A DNA stretch of 64,000 nucleotides, taken from contig OZ024741.1 in assembly GCA_964016885.1 (NCBI GenBank), positions 408,022,001-408,086,000 of the forward strand, given 5' to 3'. Shown here in pieces: positions 9,001 to 25,400 of the stretch. The position numbers and the translations under genes are program-made. The first letter of the stretch is position 1. Every line of letters starts with the position of its first letter. The DNA is from Eledone cirrhosa (lineage: Eukaryota). The notes beneath the pieces were generated by a model. That model was not told the origin of the DNA. It did no database searches and saw nothing but the letters and a program-made list of their open reading frames with translations.

Positions 9001-12000
9001 TGGTGACAACAACAACGGTAACAATATAACATAGGTCATCACATAGCTGACTTCTGGTGAAAACAACAACGGTAACAATATAACATAGGTCATCACATAG
9101 CTGACTTCTGGTGACAACAACAACAACAATATAAAAAAAGGTCATCACATAGCTGACTTCTGGTGACAACAACAACGGTAACAATATAACATAGGTCATC
9201 ACATAGCTGACTTCTGGTGACAACAACGGTAACAATATAACATAGGACATCACATAGCTGACTTCTGGTGACAACAACAACGGTAACAATATAACATAGG
9301 TCATCTCATAGCTGACTTCTGGTGACAACAACAACGGTAACAATATAACATAGGACATCTCATGGGTGACTTCTGGTGACAACAACAACAACAATATAAC
9401 ATAGGTCATATCATAGCTGACTTCTGGTGTCAACAACAACAACAATATAACATACGTCATCACATAGCTGACTTCTGGTGACAACAACAACGGTAACGAT
9501 ATAACACAGGTCATCACATAGCTGACTTCTGGTGACAACAATAACAATATAACATACGACATCACATAGCTGACTTCTGGTGAAAACAACAACGGTAACA
9601 ATATAACATAGGTCATCACATAGCTGACTTCTGGTGATAACAACAACAACAATATAACATAGGTCATCTCACAGCTGACATCTGGTGACAACAACAAGAA
9701 CAACAATATAACATAGGTCATTACATAGCTGACTTCTGGTGACAACAACAACAACAATATAACATAGGTCATCTCATAGCTGACTTCTGGTGACAACAAC
9801 AACGATAACAATATAACATAGGTCATTACATAGCTGACTTCTGGTGACAACAACAACAACAATATAACATAGGTCATCTCATAGCTGACTTCTGGTGACA
9901 ACAACAAGAACAGCAATATAACATAGGTCATCACATAGCTGACTTCTGGTGACAACAACAACGGTAACGATATAACATAGGACATCTCATAGCTGACTTC
10001 TGGTGACAACAACAACAACAATATAACATAGGTCGTCTCATAGCTGACTTCTGGTGACAACAACAACGGTAACAATATAACATAGGACATCTCATAGCTG
10101 ACTTCTGGTGACAACAACAACGGTAACAATATAACATAGGTCATCACATAGCTGAATTCTGGTGACAACAACAACGGTAACAATATAACATAGGTCATCA
10201 CAAAGCTGACTTCTGGTGACAACAGCAACGGTAACAATATAACATAGGTCATATCATAGCTGACTTCTGGTGTCAACAACAACAACAATATAACATACGT
10301 CATCACATAGCTGACTTCTGGTGACAACAACAACGGTAACGATACAACATAGGACATCACATAGCTGACGTCTGGTGAAAACAACAACGGTAACAATATA
10401 ATATAGGTCATCACATAGCTGACTTCTGGTGACAACAACAACAACAATATAACATAGGTCATCTCACAGCTGACACCTGGTGACAACAACAAGAACAACA
10501 ATATAACATAGGTCATCTCATAGCTGACTTCTGGTGACAACAACAACAATAATATAACATAGGTCGTCTCATAGCTGACTTCTGGTGACAACAACAACGG
10601 TAACAATATAACATAGGACATCTCATAGCTGACTTCTGGTGACAACAACAACAACAATATAACATAGGTCGTCTCATAGCTGACTTCTGGTGACAACAAC
10701 AACGGTAACAATATAACATAGGACATCTCATAGCTGACTTCTGGTGACAACAACAACGGTAACAATATAACATAGGTCATCACATAGCTGAATTCTGGTG
10801 ACAACAACAACGGTAACAATATAACATAGGTCATCACAAAGCTGACTTCTGGTGACAACAGCAACGGTAACAATATAACATAGGTCATATCATAGCTGAC
10901 TTCTGGTGTCAACAACAACAACAATATAACATACGTCATCACATAGCTGACTTCTGGTGACAACAACAACGGTAACGATACAACATAGGACATCACATAG
11001 CTGACGTCTGGTGAAAACAACAACGGTAACAATATAATATAGGTCAACACATAGCTGACTTCTGGTGACAACAACAACAACAATATAACATAGGTCATCT
11101 AACAGCTGACAACTGGTGAAAACAACAACGGTAACAATGTAACATAGGACATCTCATAGTTGACTTCTAGTGACAACAACAACGCTAACAATATAACATA
11201 GGTCATCACATAGCTGACTTCTGGTGACAACAACAACGGTAACAATATAACATAGGTCATCACATAGCTGACTTCTGGTGAAAACAACAACGGTAACGAT
11301 ATAACATAGGTCATCACATAGCTGACTTCTGGTGACAACAATAACAATATAACATAGGACATCTCATAGCTGACTTCTGGTGAAAACAACACCGGAAACA
11401 ATATAACATAGGTCATCACATAGCTGACTTCTGGTGATAACAACAACAACAATATAACATAGGTCATCTCACAGCTGACATCTGGTGACAACAACAAGAA
11501 CAACAATATGACATAGGTCATCACATAGCTGACTTCTGGTGACAACAACAACAACAATATAACATAGGTCATCTCATAGCTGACTTCTGGTGACAACAAC
11601 AACGGTAACAATATAACATAGGTCATCACATAGCTGACTTCTGGTGACAACAACAACAACAATATAACATAGGGCATCTCACAGCTGACACCTGGTGACA
11701 ACAACAAGAACAGCAATATAACATAGGTCATCACATAGCTGACTTCTGGTGACAACAACAACGGTAACGATATAACATAGGACATCTCATAGCTGACTTC
11801 TGGTGACAACAACAACAACAATATAACATAGGTCGTCACATAGCTGACTTCTGGTGACAACAACAACGGTAACAATATAACATAGGACATCTCATAGCTG
11901 ACTTCTGGTGACAACAACAACGGTAACAATATAACATAGGTCATCACATAGCTGACTTCTGTTGACAACAACAAGAACAATATAACATAGGTCATCACAT

Positions 12001-15000
12001 AGCTGACTTCTGGTGATAACAGCAACGGTAACAATATAACAAAGGTCATCACAAAGCTGACTTCTGGTGACAACAACAACGGTAACAATATAACATAGGT
12101 CATATCATAGCTGACTTCTGGTGTCAACAACAACAACAATATAACATACGTCATCACATAGCTGACTTCTGGTGACAACAACAACGGTAACGATACAACA
12201 TAGGACATCACATAGCTGACGTCTGGTGAAAACAACAACGGTAACAATATAACATAGGTCATCACATAGCTGACTTCTGGTGACAACAACAACAACAATA
12301 TAACATAGGTCATCTCACAGCTGACACCTGGTGACAACAACAAGAACAACAATATAACATAGGGCATCTCATAGCTGACTTCTGGTGAAAACAACAACGG
12401 TAACAATGTAACATAGGACATCTCATAGTTGACTTCTGGTGACAACAACAACGCTAACAATATAACATAGGTCATCACATAGCTGACTTCTGGTGACAAC
12501 AACAACGGTAACAATATAACATATGTCATCACATAGCTGACTTCTGGTGATAACAGCAACGGTAACAATATAACATAGGTCATCACATAGCTGACTTCTG
12601 GTGACAACAGCAACGGTAACAATATAACATAGGTCATCTCATAGCTGACTTCTGGTAACAACAACAATATAACATACGTCATCACATAGCTGACTTCTGG
12701 TGACAACAACAACGGTAATGATATAACATAGGACATCTCATAGCTGACTTCTGGTGACAACAACAACGGTAACAATATAACATAGGTCATCTCATAGCTG
12801 ACTTCTGGTGACAACAACAACGGTAACGATATAACATAGGACATCTCATAGCTGACTTCTGGTGACAACAACAACAACAATGTAACATAGTACATCTCAT
12901 AGCTGACTTCTGGTGACAACAACAACGGTAACGATATAACATACGACATCTCATAGCTGACTTCTGGTGACAACAACAACAACAATATAACATAAGTCAT
13001 CTCATAGCTGACTTCTGGTGACAACAACAACGGTAACAATATAACATAGGACATCTCACAGCTGACTTCTGGTGACAACAACAACGGTAACAATATAACA
13101 TAGGACATCTCATAGCTGACTTCTGCGGACAACAACAACGGTAACAATATAACATAGGTCATCTCATAGCTGACTTCTGGTGACAACAACAACGGTAACA
13201 ATATAACATAGGTCATCACATAGCTGAATTCTGGTGACAACAACAACGGTAACAATATAACATAGGTCATCACATAGCTGACTTCTGGTGACAACAACAA
13301 CGGTAACAATATAACATAGGTCATCACATAGCTGACTTCTGGTGACAACAACAACGGTAACAATATAACATAGGTCATTACATAGCTGACTTCTGGTGAC
13401 AACAACAACAACAATATAACATAGGACATCTCATAGCTGACTTCTGGTGAAAACAACAACGGTAACAATATAACATAGGTCATCACATAGCTGACGTCTG
13501 GTGAAAACAACAACGGTAACAATATAACATAGGTCATCACATAGCTGACATCTGGTGACAACAACAACAACAATATAACATAGGTCATCTCATAGCTGAC
13601 TTCTGGTGACAACAACAACGGTAACAATATAACATAGGTCATCACATAGCTGACTTCTGGTGACAACAACAACAACAATATAACATAGGACATCTCATAG
13701 CTGACTTCTGGTGAAAACAACAACGGTAACAATATAACATAGGTCATCACATAGCTGACTTCTGGTGAAAACAACAACGGCAACAATATAACATAGGTCA
13801 TCACATAGCTAACTTCTGGTGACAACAACAACAACAATATAACATAGGACATCTCATAGCTGACTTCTGGTGAAAACAACAACGGTAACAATATAACATA
13901 GGTCATCACATAGCTGACTTCTGGTGACAACAACAACAACAATATAACATAGGTCATCACATAGCTGACGTCTGATGAAAACAACAACGGTAACAATATA
14001 ACATAGGTCATCACATAGCTGACTTCTGGTGACAACAACAACAACAATATAACATAGGTCATCTCATAGCTGACTTCTGGTGACAACAACAACGGTAACA
14101 ATATAACATAGGTCATCACATAGCTGACTTCTGGTGACAACAACAACAACAATATAACATAGGTCATCTCACAGCTGACACCTGGTGACAACAACAAGAA
14201 CAACAATATAACATAGGTCATCACATAGCTGACTTCTGGTGACAACAACAACGGTAACAATATAACATAGGTCATCACATAGCTGACTTCTGGTGACAAC
14301 AACGGTAACAATATAACATAGGACATCACATAGCTGACTTCTGGTGACAACAACAACGGTAACAATATAACATAGGTCATCTCATAGCTGACTTCTGGTG
14401 ACAACAACAACAATATAACATAGGTCATATCATAGCTGACTTCTGGTGTCAACAAAAACAACAATATAACATACGTCATCACATAGCTGACTTCTGGTGA
14501 CAACAATAACAATATAACATAGGTCATCTCACAGCTGACATCTGGTGAAAACAACACCGGAAACAATATAACATAGGTCATCACATAGCTAACTTCTGGT
14601 GATAACAACAACAACAATATAACATAGGTCATCTCACAGCTGACATCTGGTGACAACAACAAGAACAACAATATAACATAGGTCATCACATAGCTGACTT
14701 CTGGTGACAACAACAACAACAATATAACATAGGTCATCTCATAGCTGACTTCTGGTGACAACAACAACGGTAACAATATAACATAGGTCATCACATAGCT
14801 GACTTCTGGTGACAACAACAACAACAATATAACATAGGTCATCTCACAGCTGACACCTGGTGACAACAACAAGAACAATATAACATACGTCATCACATAG
14901 CTGACTTCTGGTGACAACAACAACGGTAACGATATAACATAGGACATCTCATAGCTGACTTCTGGTGACAACAACAACAACAATATAACATAGATCGTCA

Positions 15001-17747
15001 CATAGCTGACTTCTGGTGACAACAACAACGGTAACAATATAACATAGGACATCTCATAGCTGACTTCTGGCGACAACAACAACGGTAACAATATAACATA
15101 GGTCATCTCATAGCTGACTTCTGGTGACAACAACAACGGTAACAATATAACATAGGTGATCACATATCTGAATTCTGGTGACAACAACAACGGTAACAAT
15201 ATAACATAGGTCATCACATAGCTGACTTCTGGTGACAACAACAACGGTAACAATATAACATAGGTCATCACATAGCTGACTTCTGGTGACAACAACAACG
15301 GTAACAATATAACATAGGTCATCACATAGCTGACTACTGGTGACAACAACAACAACAATATAACATAGGACATCTCATAGCTGACTTCTGGTGAAAACAA
15401 CAACGGTAACAATATAACATAGGTCATCACATAGCTGACGTCTGGTGAAAACAACAACGGTAACAATATAACATAGGTCATCACATAGCTGACATCTGGT
15501 GACAACAACAACAACAATATAACATAGGACATCTCATAGCTGACTTCTGGTGAAAACAACAACGGTAACAATATAACATAGGTCATCACATAGCTGACTT
15601 CTGGTGAAAACAACAACGGTAACAATATAACGTAGGTCATCACATATCTGAATTCTGGTGACAACAACAACGGTAACAATATAACATAGGTCATCACATA
15701 GCTGACTTCTGGTGACAACAACAACGGTAACAATATAACATAGGTCATCACATAGCTGACTTCTGGTGACAACAACAACGGTAACAATATATCATAGGTC
15801 ATCACATAGCTGACTTCTGGTGACAACAACAACAACAATATAACATAGGACATCTCATAGCTGACTTCTGGTGAAAACAACAACGGTAACAATATAACAT
15901 AGGTCATCACATAGCTGACGTCTGGTGAAAACAACAACGGTAACAATATAACATAGGTCATCACATAGCTGACATCTGGTGACAACAACAACAACAATAT
16001 AACATAGGACATCTCATAGCTGACTTCTGGTGAAAACAACAACGGTAACAATATAACATAGGTCATCACATAGCTAACTTCTGGTGACAACAACAACAAC
16101 AATATAACATAGGACATCTCATAGCTGACTTCTGGTGAAAACAACAACGGTAACAATATAACATAGGTCATCACATAGCTGACTTCTGGTGACAACAACA
16201 ACAACAATATAACATAGGTCATCACATAGCTGACGTCTGGTGAAAACAACAACGGTAACAATATAACATAGGTCATCACATAGCTGACTTCTGGTGACAA
16301 CAACAACAACAATATAACATAGGTCATCTCATAGCTGACTTCTGGTGACAACAACAACGGTAACAATATAACATAGGTCATCACATAGCTAACTTCTGGT
16401 GACAACAACAACAACAATATAACATAGGACATCTCATAGCTGACTTCTGGTGAAAACAACAACGGTAACAATATAACATAGGTCATCACATAGCTGACTT
16501 CTGGTGACAACAACAACAACAATATAACATAGGTCATCACATAGCTGACGTCTGGTGAAAACAACAACGGTAACAATATAACATAGGTCATCACATAGCT
16601 GACTTCTGGTGACAACAACAACAACAATATAACATAGGTCATATCACAGCTGACACCTGGTGACAACAACAAGAACAACAATATAACATAGGTCATCACA
16701 TAGCTGACTTCTGGTGACAACAACAACGGTAACAATATAACACAGGACATCTCATAGCTGACTTCTGGTGACAACAACAACGGTAACAATATAACATAGG
16801 TCATCTCATAGCTGACTTCTGGTGACAACAACAACGGTAACAATATAACATAGGTCATCACATAGCTGAATTCTGGTGACAACAACAACCGTAACAATAT
16901 AACATAGGTCATCACATAGCTGACTTCTGGTGACAACAACAACAACAATATAACATAGGTCATCACATAGCTGACTTTTGGTGACAACAACAACGGTAAC
17001 AATATAACATAGGTCATCACATAGATGACTTCTGGTGACAACAACAACGGTAACAATATAACATAGGTCATCACATAGCTGACTTCTGGTGACAACAACA
17101 ACAACAATATAACATAGGACATCTCATAGCTGACTTCTGGTGAAAACAACAACGGTAACAATATAACATAGGTCATCACATAGCTGACGTCTGGTGAAAA
17201 CAACAACGGTAACAATATAACATAGGTCATCACATAGCTGACATCTGGTGACAACAACAACAATATAACATAGGACATCTCATAGCTGACTTCTGGTGAA
17301 AACAACAACGGTAACAATATAACATAGGTCATCACATAGCTGACTTCTGGTGAAAACAACAACGGTAACAATATAACATAGGTCATCACATAGCTAACTT
17401 CTGGTGACAAAAACAACAACAATATAACATAGGACATCTCATAGCTGACTTCTGGTGAAAATAACAACGGTAACAATATAACATAGGTCATCACATAGCT
17501 GACTTCTGGTGACAACAACAACAACAATATAACATAGGTCATCACATAGCTGACGTCTGGTGAAAACAACAACGGTAACAATATAACATAGGTCATCACA
17601 TAGCTGACTTCTGGTGACAACAACAACAACAATATAACATAGGTCATCTCATAGCTGACTTCTGGTGACAACAACAACGGTAACAATATAACATAGGTCA
17701 TCACATAGCTGACTTCTGGTGACAACAACAACAACAATATAACATAG

Positions 17748-20700
17748 GTCATATCACAGCTGACACCTGGTGACAACAACAAGAACAACAATATAACATA
17801 GGTCATCACATAGCTGACTTCTGGTGACAACAACAACGGTAACAATATAACACAGGACATCTCATAGCTGACTTCTGGTGACAACAACAACGGTAACAAT
17901 ATAACATAGGTCATCTCATAGCTGACTTCTGGTGACAACAACAACGGTAACAATATAACATAGGTCATCACATAGCTGAATTCTGGTGACAACAACAACC
18001 GTAACAATATAACATAGGTCATCACATAGCTGACTTCTGGTGACAACAACAACAACAATATAACATAGGTCATCACATAGCTGACTTTTGGTGACAACAA
18101 CAACGGTAACAATATAACATAGGTCATCACATAGCTGACTTCTGGTGACAACAACAACAACATTATAACATAGGTCATCACATAGCTGACTTCTGGTGAC
18201 AACAACAACAACAATATAGCATAGGTCATCTCATAGCTGACATCTGGTGACAACAACATCGGTAACAATATAACATAGGTCATCACATAGCTGACTTCTG
18301 GTGACAACAACAACAACAATATAGCATAGGTCATCTCATAGCTGACTTCTGGTGACAACAACAACGGTAACAATATAACATAGGTCATCTCATAGATGAC
18401 TTCTGGTGACAACAACAACAACAATATAACATATGTCATCACATAGCTGACATCTGGTGACAAGAGCAATGGTAAAAATATAACATAGGACATCTCATAG
18501 TTGACTTCTGGTGACAACAACAACGGTAACAATATAACATATGTCATCACATAGCTGACTTCTGGTGACAACAACAACGGTAACAATATAACATAGGTCA
18601 TCACATAGCTGACTTCTGGTGACAACAACAACGGTAACAACATAACATAGGTCATCTCATAGCTGACTTCTGGTGAAAACAACGACAACAATATAACATA
18701 GGTCATCACATAGCTGACTTCTGGTGACAAAAACAAAGGTAACAACATAACATAGGTCATCTCATAGCTGACTTCTGGTGACAACAACAACGGTAACAAT
18801 ATAACATAGGTCATCTCATAGCTGACTTCTGGTGACAACAACAACGTTAACAATATAACATAGGTCATCACTTAGCTGACTTCTGGTGACAACAACGGTA
18901 ACAATATAACATAGGTCATCTCATAGCTAACTTCTGGTGACAAGAATAACAACAATATAACACAGGTCATCACATAGCTGACTTCTGGTGACAACAACAA
19001 CGGTAACAATATAACATAGGTCATCTCATAGCTAACTTCTGGTGACAACAACAACAACAATATAACATAGGTCATCACATAGCTGACTTCTGGTGACAAC
19101 AACAACAACAATATAACATAGGTCATCACATAGCTGACTTCTCGTGACAACAACAACAACAATATAGCATAGGTCATCTCATAGCTGACTTCTGGTGACA
19201 ACAACAACGGTAACAATATAACATAGGTCATCTCATAGCTGACTTCTGGTGACAACAACAACGGTAACAATATAACATAGGTCATCACATAGCTGACTTC
19301 TGGTGACAACAACAACAACAATATAGCATAGGTCATCTCATAGCTGACTTCTGGTGACAACAACAACGGTAACAATATAACATAGGTCATCTCATAGATG
19401 ACTTCTGGTGACAACAACAACAACAATATAGCATAGGTTATCTCATAGCTGACGTCTGGTGACAACAACAACAACTATATAGCATAGGTCATCTTATAGC
19501 TGACTTCTGGTGACAACAACAACGGTAACAATATAACATAGGTCATCACATAGCTGACTTCTGGTGACAACAATAACGGTAACAATATAACATAGGTCAT
19601 CTCATAGCTGACTTCTGGTGACAACAACAACGGTAACAATATAAAATAGGTCATCACCTCGATGACTTCTGGTGACAACAACAACGACAATATAGCATAG
19701 GTCATCTCATAGCTGACTTATCGTGACAACAACAACAATAATATAACATAGGTCATCACATAGCTGACTTCTGGTGACAACAACAACAACAATATAGCAT
19801 AGGTCATCTCATAGGTGACTTCTGGTGACAACAACAACGACAATATAGCATAGGTCATCTAATAGCTGACTTCTCGTGACAATAACAACGGTAACAATAT
19901 AACATAGGTCATCACATAGCTGACTTCTGGTGACAACAACAACAACAATATAACATAGGTCATCACATAGCTGACTTCTGGTGACAACAACAACAACAAT
20001 ATAGCATAGGTCATCTCATAGGTGACTTCTGGTGACAACAACAACGACAATATAGCATAGGTCATCTAATAGCTGACTTCTCGTGACAATAACAACGGTA
20101 ACAATATAACATAGGTCATCTCATAGCTGCCTTCTGGTGACAACAACAACGGTAACAATATAAAATAGGTCATCTCATAGCTGACTTCTGGTGACAACAA
20201 CAACGGTAACAATATAAAATAGGTCATCACCTCGATGACTTCTGGTGACAACAACAACAACAATATAACATAGGTAATCTCATAGCTGACTTCTGGTGAC
20301 AACAACAACAACAATATAGCATAGGTCATCTCTAAGTTGACTTCTGGTGACAACAACAACGGTAACAATATATCATATGTTATCACATAGCTGACATCTG
20401 GTGACAACAACAACAACAATATAACATAGGTCATCTCATAGCTGACTTCTGGTGACAACAACAACAACAATATAACATAGGTCATATCACAGCTGACACC
20501 TGGTGACAACAACAAGAACAACAATATAACATAGGTCATCACATAGCTGACTTCTGGTGACAACAACAACGGTAACAATATAACACAGGACATCTCATAG
20601 CTGACTTCTGGTGACAACAACAACGGTAACAATATAACATAGGTCATCTCATAGCTGACTTCTGGTGACAACAACAACGGTAACAATATAACATAGGTCA

Positions 20701-22460
20701 TCACATAGCTGAATTCTGGTGACAACAACAACCGTAACAATATAACATAGGTCATCACATAGCTGACTTCTGGTGACAACAACAACAACAATATAACATA
20801 GGTCATCACATAGCTGACTTTTGGTGACAACAACAACGGTAACAATATAACATAGGTCATCACATAGCTGACTTCTGGTGACAACAACAACAACATTATA
20901 ACATAGGTCATCACATAGCTGACTTCTGGTGACAACAACAACAACAATATAGCATAGGTCATCTCATAGCTGACATCTGGTGACAACAACATCGGTAACA
21001 ATATAACATAGGTCATCACATAGCTGACTTCTGGTGACAACAACAACAACAATATAGCATAGGTCATCTCATAGCTGACTTCTGGTGACAACAACAACGG
21101 TAACAATATAACATAGGTCATCTCATAGATGACTTCTGGTGACAACAACAACAACAATATAACATATGTCATCACATAGCTGACATCTGGTGACAAGAGC
21201 AATGGTAAAAATATAACATAGGACATCTCATAGTTGACTTCTGGTGACAACAACAACGGTAACAATATAACATATGTCATCACATAGCTGACTTCTGGTG
21301 ACAACAACAACGGTAACAATATAACATAGGTCATCACATAGCTGACTTCTGGTGACAACAACAACGGTAACAACATAACATAGGTCATCTCATAGCTGAC
21401 TTCTGGTGAAAACAACGACAACAATATAACATAGGTCATCACATAGCTGACTTCTGGTGACAAAAACAAAGGTAACAACATAACATAGGTCATCTCATAG
21501 CTGACTTCTGGTGACAACAACAACGGTAACAATATAACATAGGTCATCTCATAGCTGACTTCTGGTGACAACAACAACGTTAACAATATAACATAGGTCA
21601 TCACTTAGCTGACTTCTGGTGACAACAACGGTAACAATATAACATAGGTCATCTCATAGCTAACTTCTGGTGACAAGAATAACAACAATATAACACAGGT
21701 CATGACATAGCTGACTTCTGGTGACAACAACAACGGTAACAATATAACATAGGTCATCTCATAGCTAACTTCTGGTGACAACAACAACAACAATATAACA
21801 TAGGTCATCACATAGCTGACTTCTGGTGACAACAACAACAACAATATAACATAGGTCATCACATAGCTGACTTCTCGTGACAACAACAACAACAATATAG
21901 CATAGGTCATCTCATAGCTGACTTCTGGTGACAACAACAACGGTAACAATATAACATAGGTCATCTCATAGCTGACTTCTGGTGACAACAACAACGGTAA
22001 CAATATAACATAGGTCATCACATAGCTGACTTCTGGTGACAACAACAACAACAATATAGCATAGGTCATCTCATAGCTGACTTCTGGTGACAACAACAAC
22101 GGTAACAATATAACATAGGTCATCTCATAGATGACTTCTGGTGACAACAACAACAACAATATAGCATAGGTTATCTCATAGCTGACGTCTGGTGACAACA
22201 ACAACAACTATATAGCATAGGTCATCTTATAGCTGACTTCTGGTGACAACAACAACGGTAACAATATAAAATAGGTCATCACATAGCTGACTTCTGGTGA
22301 CAACAATAACGGTAACAATATAACATAGGTCATCTCATAGCTGACTTCTGGTGACAACAACAACGGTAACAATATAAAATAGGTCATCACCTCGATGACT
22401 TCTGGTGACAACAACAACGACAATATAGCATAGGTCATCTCATAGCTGACTTATCGTGAC
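17748..22460. repeat. Higher-order duplication, offset 2733 bp
   Basis: Identical or near-identical ORF-track strings at 18872/21605 and 19475/22208. The marker GTCATATCACAGCTGACACC occurs at 17748 and 20481. Confidence 0.9.
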
Positions 22461-25400
22461 AATAACAACGGTAACAATATAACATAGGTCATCTCATAGC
22501 TGACTTCTGGTGACAACAACAACAACAATATAACATAGGTCATCACATAGCTGACTTCTGGTGACAACAACAACAACAATATAACATAGGTCATCACATA
22601 GCTGACTTCTGGTGACAACAACAACAACAATATAGCATAGGTCATCTCATAGGTGACTTCTGGTGACAACAACAACGACAATATAGCATAGGTCATCTAA
22701 TAGCTGACTTCTCGTGACAATAACAACGGTAACAATATAACATAGGTCATCTCATAGCTGCCTTCTGGTGACAACAACAACGGTAACAATATAAAATAGG
22801 TCATCTCATAGCTGACTTCTGGTGACAACAACAACGGTAACAATATAAAATAGGTCATCACCTCGATGACTTCTGGTGACAACAACAATATAACATAGGT
22901 AATCTCATAGCTGACTTCTGGTGACAACAACAACAACAATATAGCATAGGTCATCTCATAGCTGACTTCTGGTGACAACAACAACGGTAACAATATAACA
23001 TAGGTCATCTCATAGCTGACTTCTGGTGACAACAACAACGGTAACAATATAAAATAGGTCATCACCTCGATGACTTCTGGTGACAACAACAACGACAATA
23101 TAGCATAGGTCATCTCATAGCTGACTTCTCGTGACAATAACAACGGTAACAATATAACATAGGTCATCACATAGCTGACTTCTGGTGACAACAACAACAA
23201 TATAACATAGGTCATCTCATAGCTGACTTCTGGTGACAACAACAACGGTAACAATATAACATAGGTCATCTCATAGCTGACTTCTGGTGACAACAACAAC
23301 GGTAACAATATAAAATAGGTCATCACCTCGATGACTTCTGGTGACAACAACAACGACAATATAGCATAGGTCATCTCATAGCTGACTTCTCGTGACAATA
23401 ACAACGGTAACAATATAACATAGGTCATCACATAGCTGACTTCTGGTGACAACAACAACAATATAACATAGGTCATCAAATAGCTGACTTCTGGTGACAA
23501 CAACAACAACAATATAACATAGGTCATCACATAGCTGACTTCTGGTGACAACAATAACAACAATATAGCATAGGTCATCTCATAGCTGACTTCTGGTGAC
23601 AACAACAACGGTAACAATATAACATAGGTCATCACATAGCTGATTTCTGGTGACAACAACAACAAGAATATAGCATAGGTCATCACATAGCTGACTTCTG
23701 GTGACAACAACAACAAGAATATAGCATAGGTCATCTCATAGATGACTTCTGGTGACAACAACAAAAAGAATATAGCATAGGTCATCTCATAGATGACTTC
23801 TGGTGACAACAACAACAAGAATATAGCATAGGTCATCTCATAGATGACTTCTGGTGACAACAACAACAAGAATATAGCATAGGTCATCTCATAGATGACT
23901 TCTGGTGACAACAACAACAACAATATAGCATAGGTCATCTCATAGCTGACGTCTGGTGACAACAACAACAACTATATAGCATAGGTCATCTCATAGCTGA
24001 CTTCTGGTGACAACAACAACGGTAACAATATAAAATAGGTCATCACCTCGATGACTTCTGGTGACAACAACAACAACAATATAACATAGGTCATCACATA
24101 GCTGACTTCTGGTGACAACAACAACAACAATATAACATAGGTCATCTCATAGCTGACTTCTCGTGACAATAACAACGGTAACAATATAACATAGGTCATC
24201 TCATAGCTGACTTCTGGTGACAACAACAACAACAATATAACATAGGTCATCACATAGCTGACTTCTGGTGACAACAACAACAACAATATAACATAGGTCA
24301 TCACATAGCTGACTTCTGGTGACAACAACAACAACAATATAGCATAGGTCATCTCATAGGTGACTTCTGGTGACAACAACAACGGTAACAATATAACATA
24401 GGTCATCTCATAGCTGACTTCTGGTGACAACAACAACGGTAACAATATAACATAGGTCATCACATAGCTGACTTCTGGTGACAACAACAACAACAATATA
24501 GCATAGGTCATCTCATAGCTGATTCTGGTGACAACAACAACGGTAACAATATAACATAGGTCATCTCATAGATGACTTCTGGTGACAACAACAACAACAA
24601 TATAGCATAGGTCATCTCATAGCTGACGTCTGGTGACAACAACAACAACTATATAGCATAGGTCATCTTATAGCTGACTTCTAGTGACAACAACAACGGT
24701 AACAATATAACATAGGTCATCACATAGCTGACTTCTGGTGACAACAACAACGGTAACAATATAACATAGGTCATTTCATAGCTGACTTCTGGTGACACCA
24801 TTAACGGTAACAATATAACATAGGTCATCTCATAGCTGACTTCTGGTGACAACAACAACGGTAACAATATAACATAGGTCATCTCATAGCTGACTTCTGG
24901 TGACAACAACAACGGTAACAATATAACATAGGTCATCTCATAGCTGACTTCTGGTGACAACAACAACGGTAACAATATAACATAGGTCATCTCATAGCTG
25001 ACTTCTGCTGACAACAACAACGGTAACAATATAACATAGGTCATCTCATAGCTGACTTCTGGTGACAACAACAACGGTAACAATATAACATAGGTCATCT
25101 CATAGCTGACTTCTGATGACAACAACAACGGTAACAATATAAAATAGGTCATCACCTCGATGACTTCTGGTGACAACAACAACGACAATATAGCATAGGT
25201 CATCTCATAGCTGACTTCTCGTGACAATAACAACGGTAACAATATAACATAGGTCATCTCATAGCTGACTTCTGGTGACAACAACAACGGTAACAATATA
25301 ACATAGGTCATCACATAGCTGACTTCTGGTGACAACAACAACGGTAACAATATAACATAGGTCATTTCATAGCTGACTTCTGGTGACAACAACAACGGTA

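Noticed and set aside
11099-18871. 2590-aa ORF and the other Leu-rich or Cys-rich minus-strand ORFs as real genes
   Set aside because: They are translations of a 3n-length satellite with no unique N- or C-terminus. Stops and frameshifts are copied along with the higher-order repeats.
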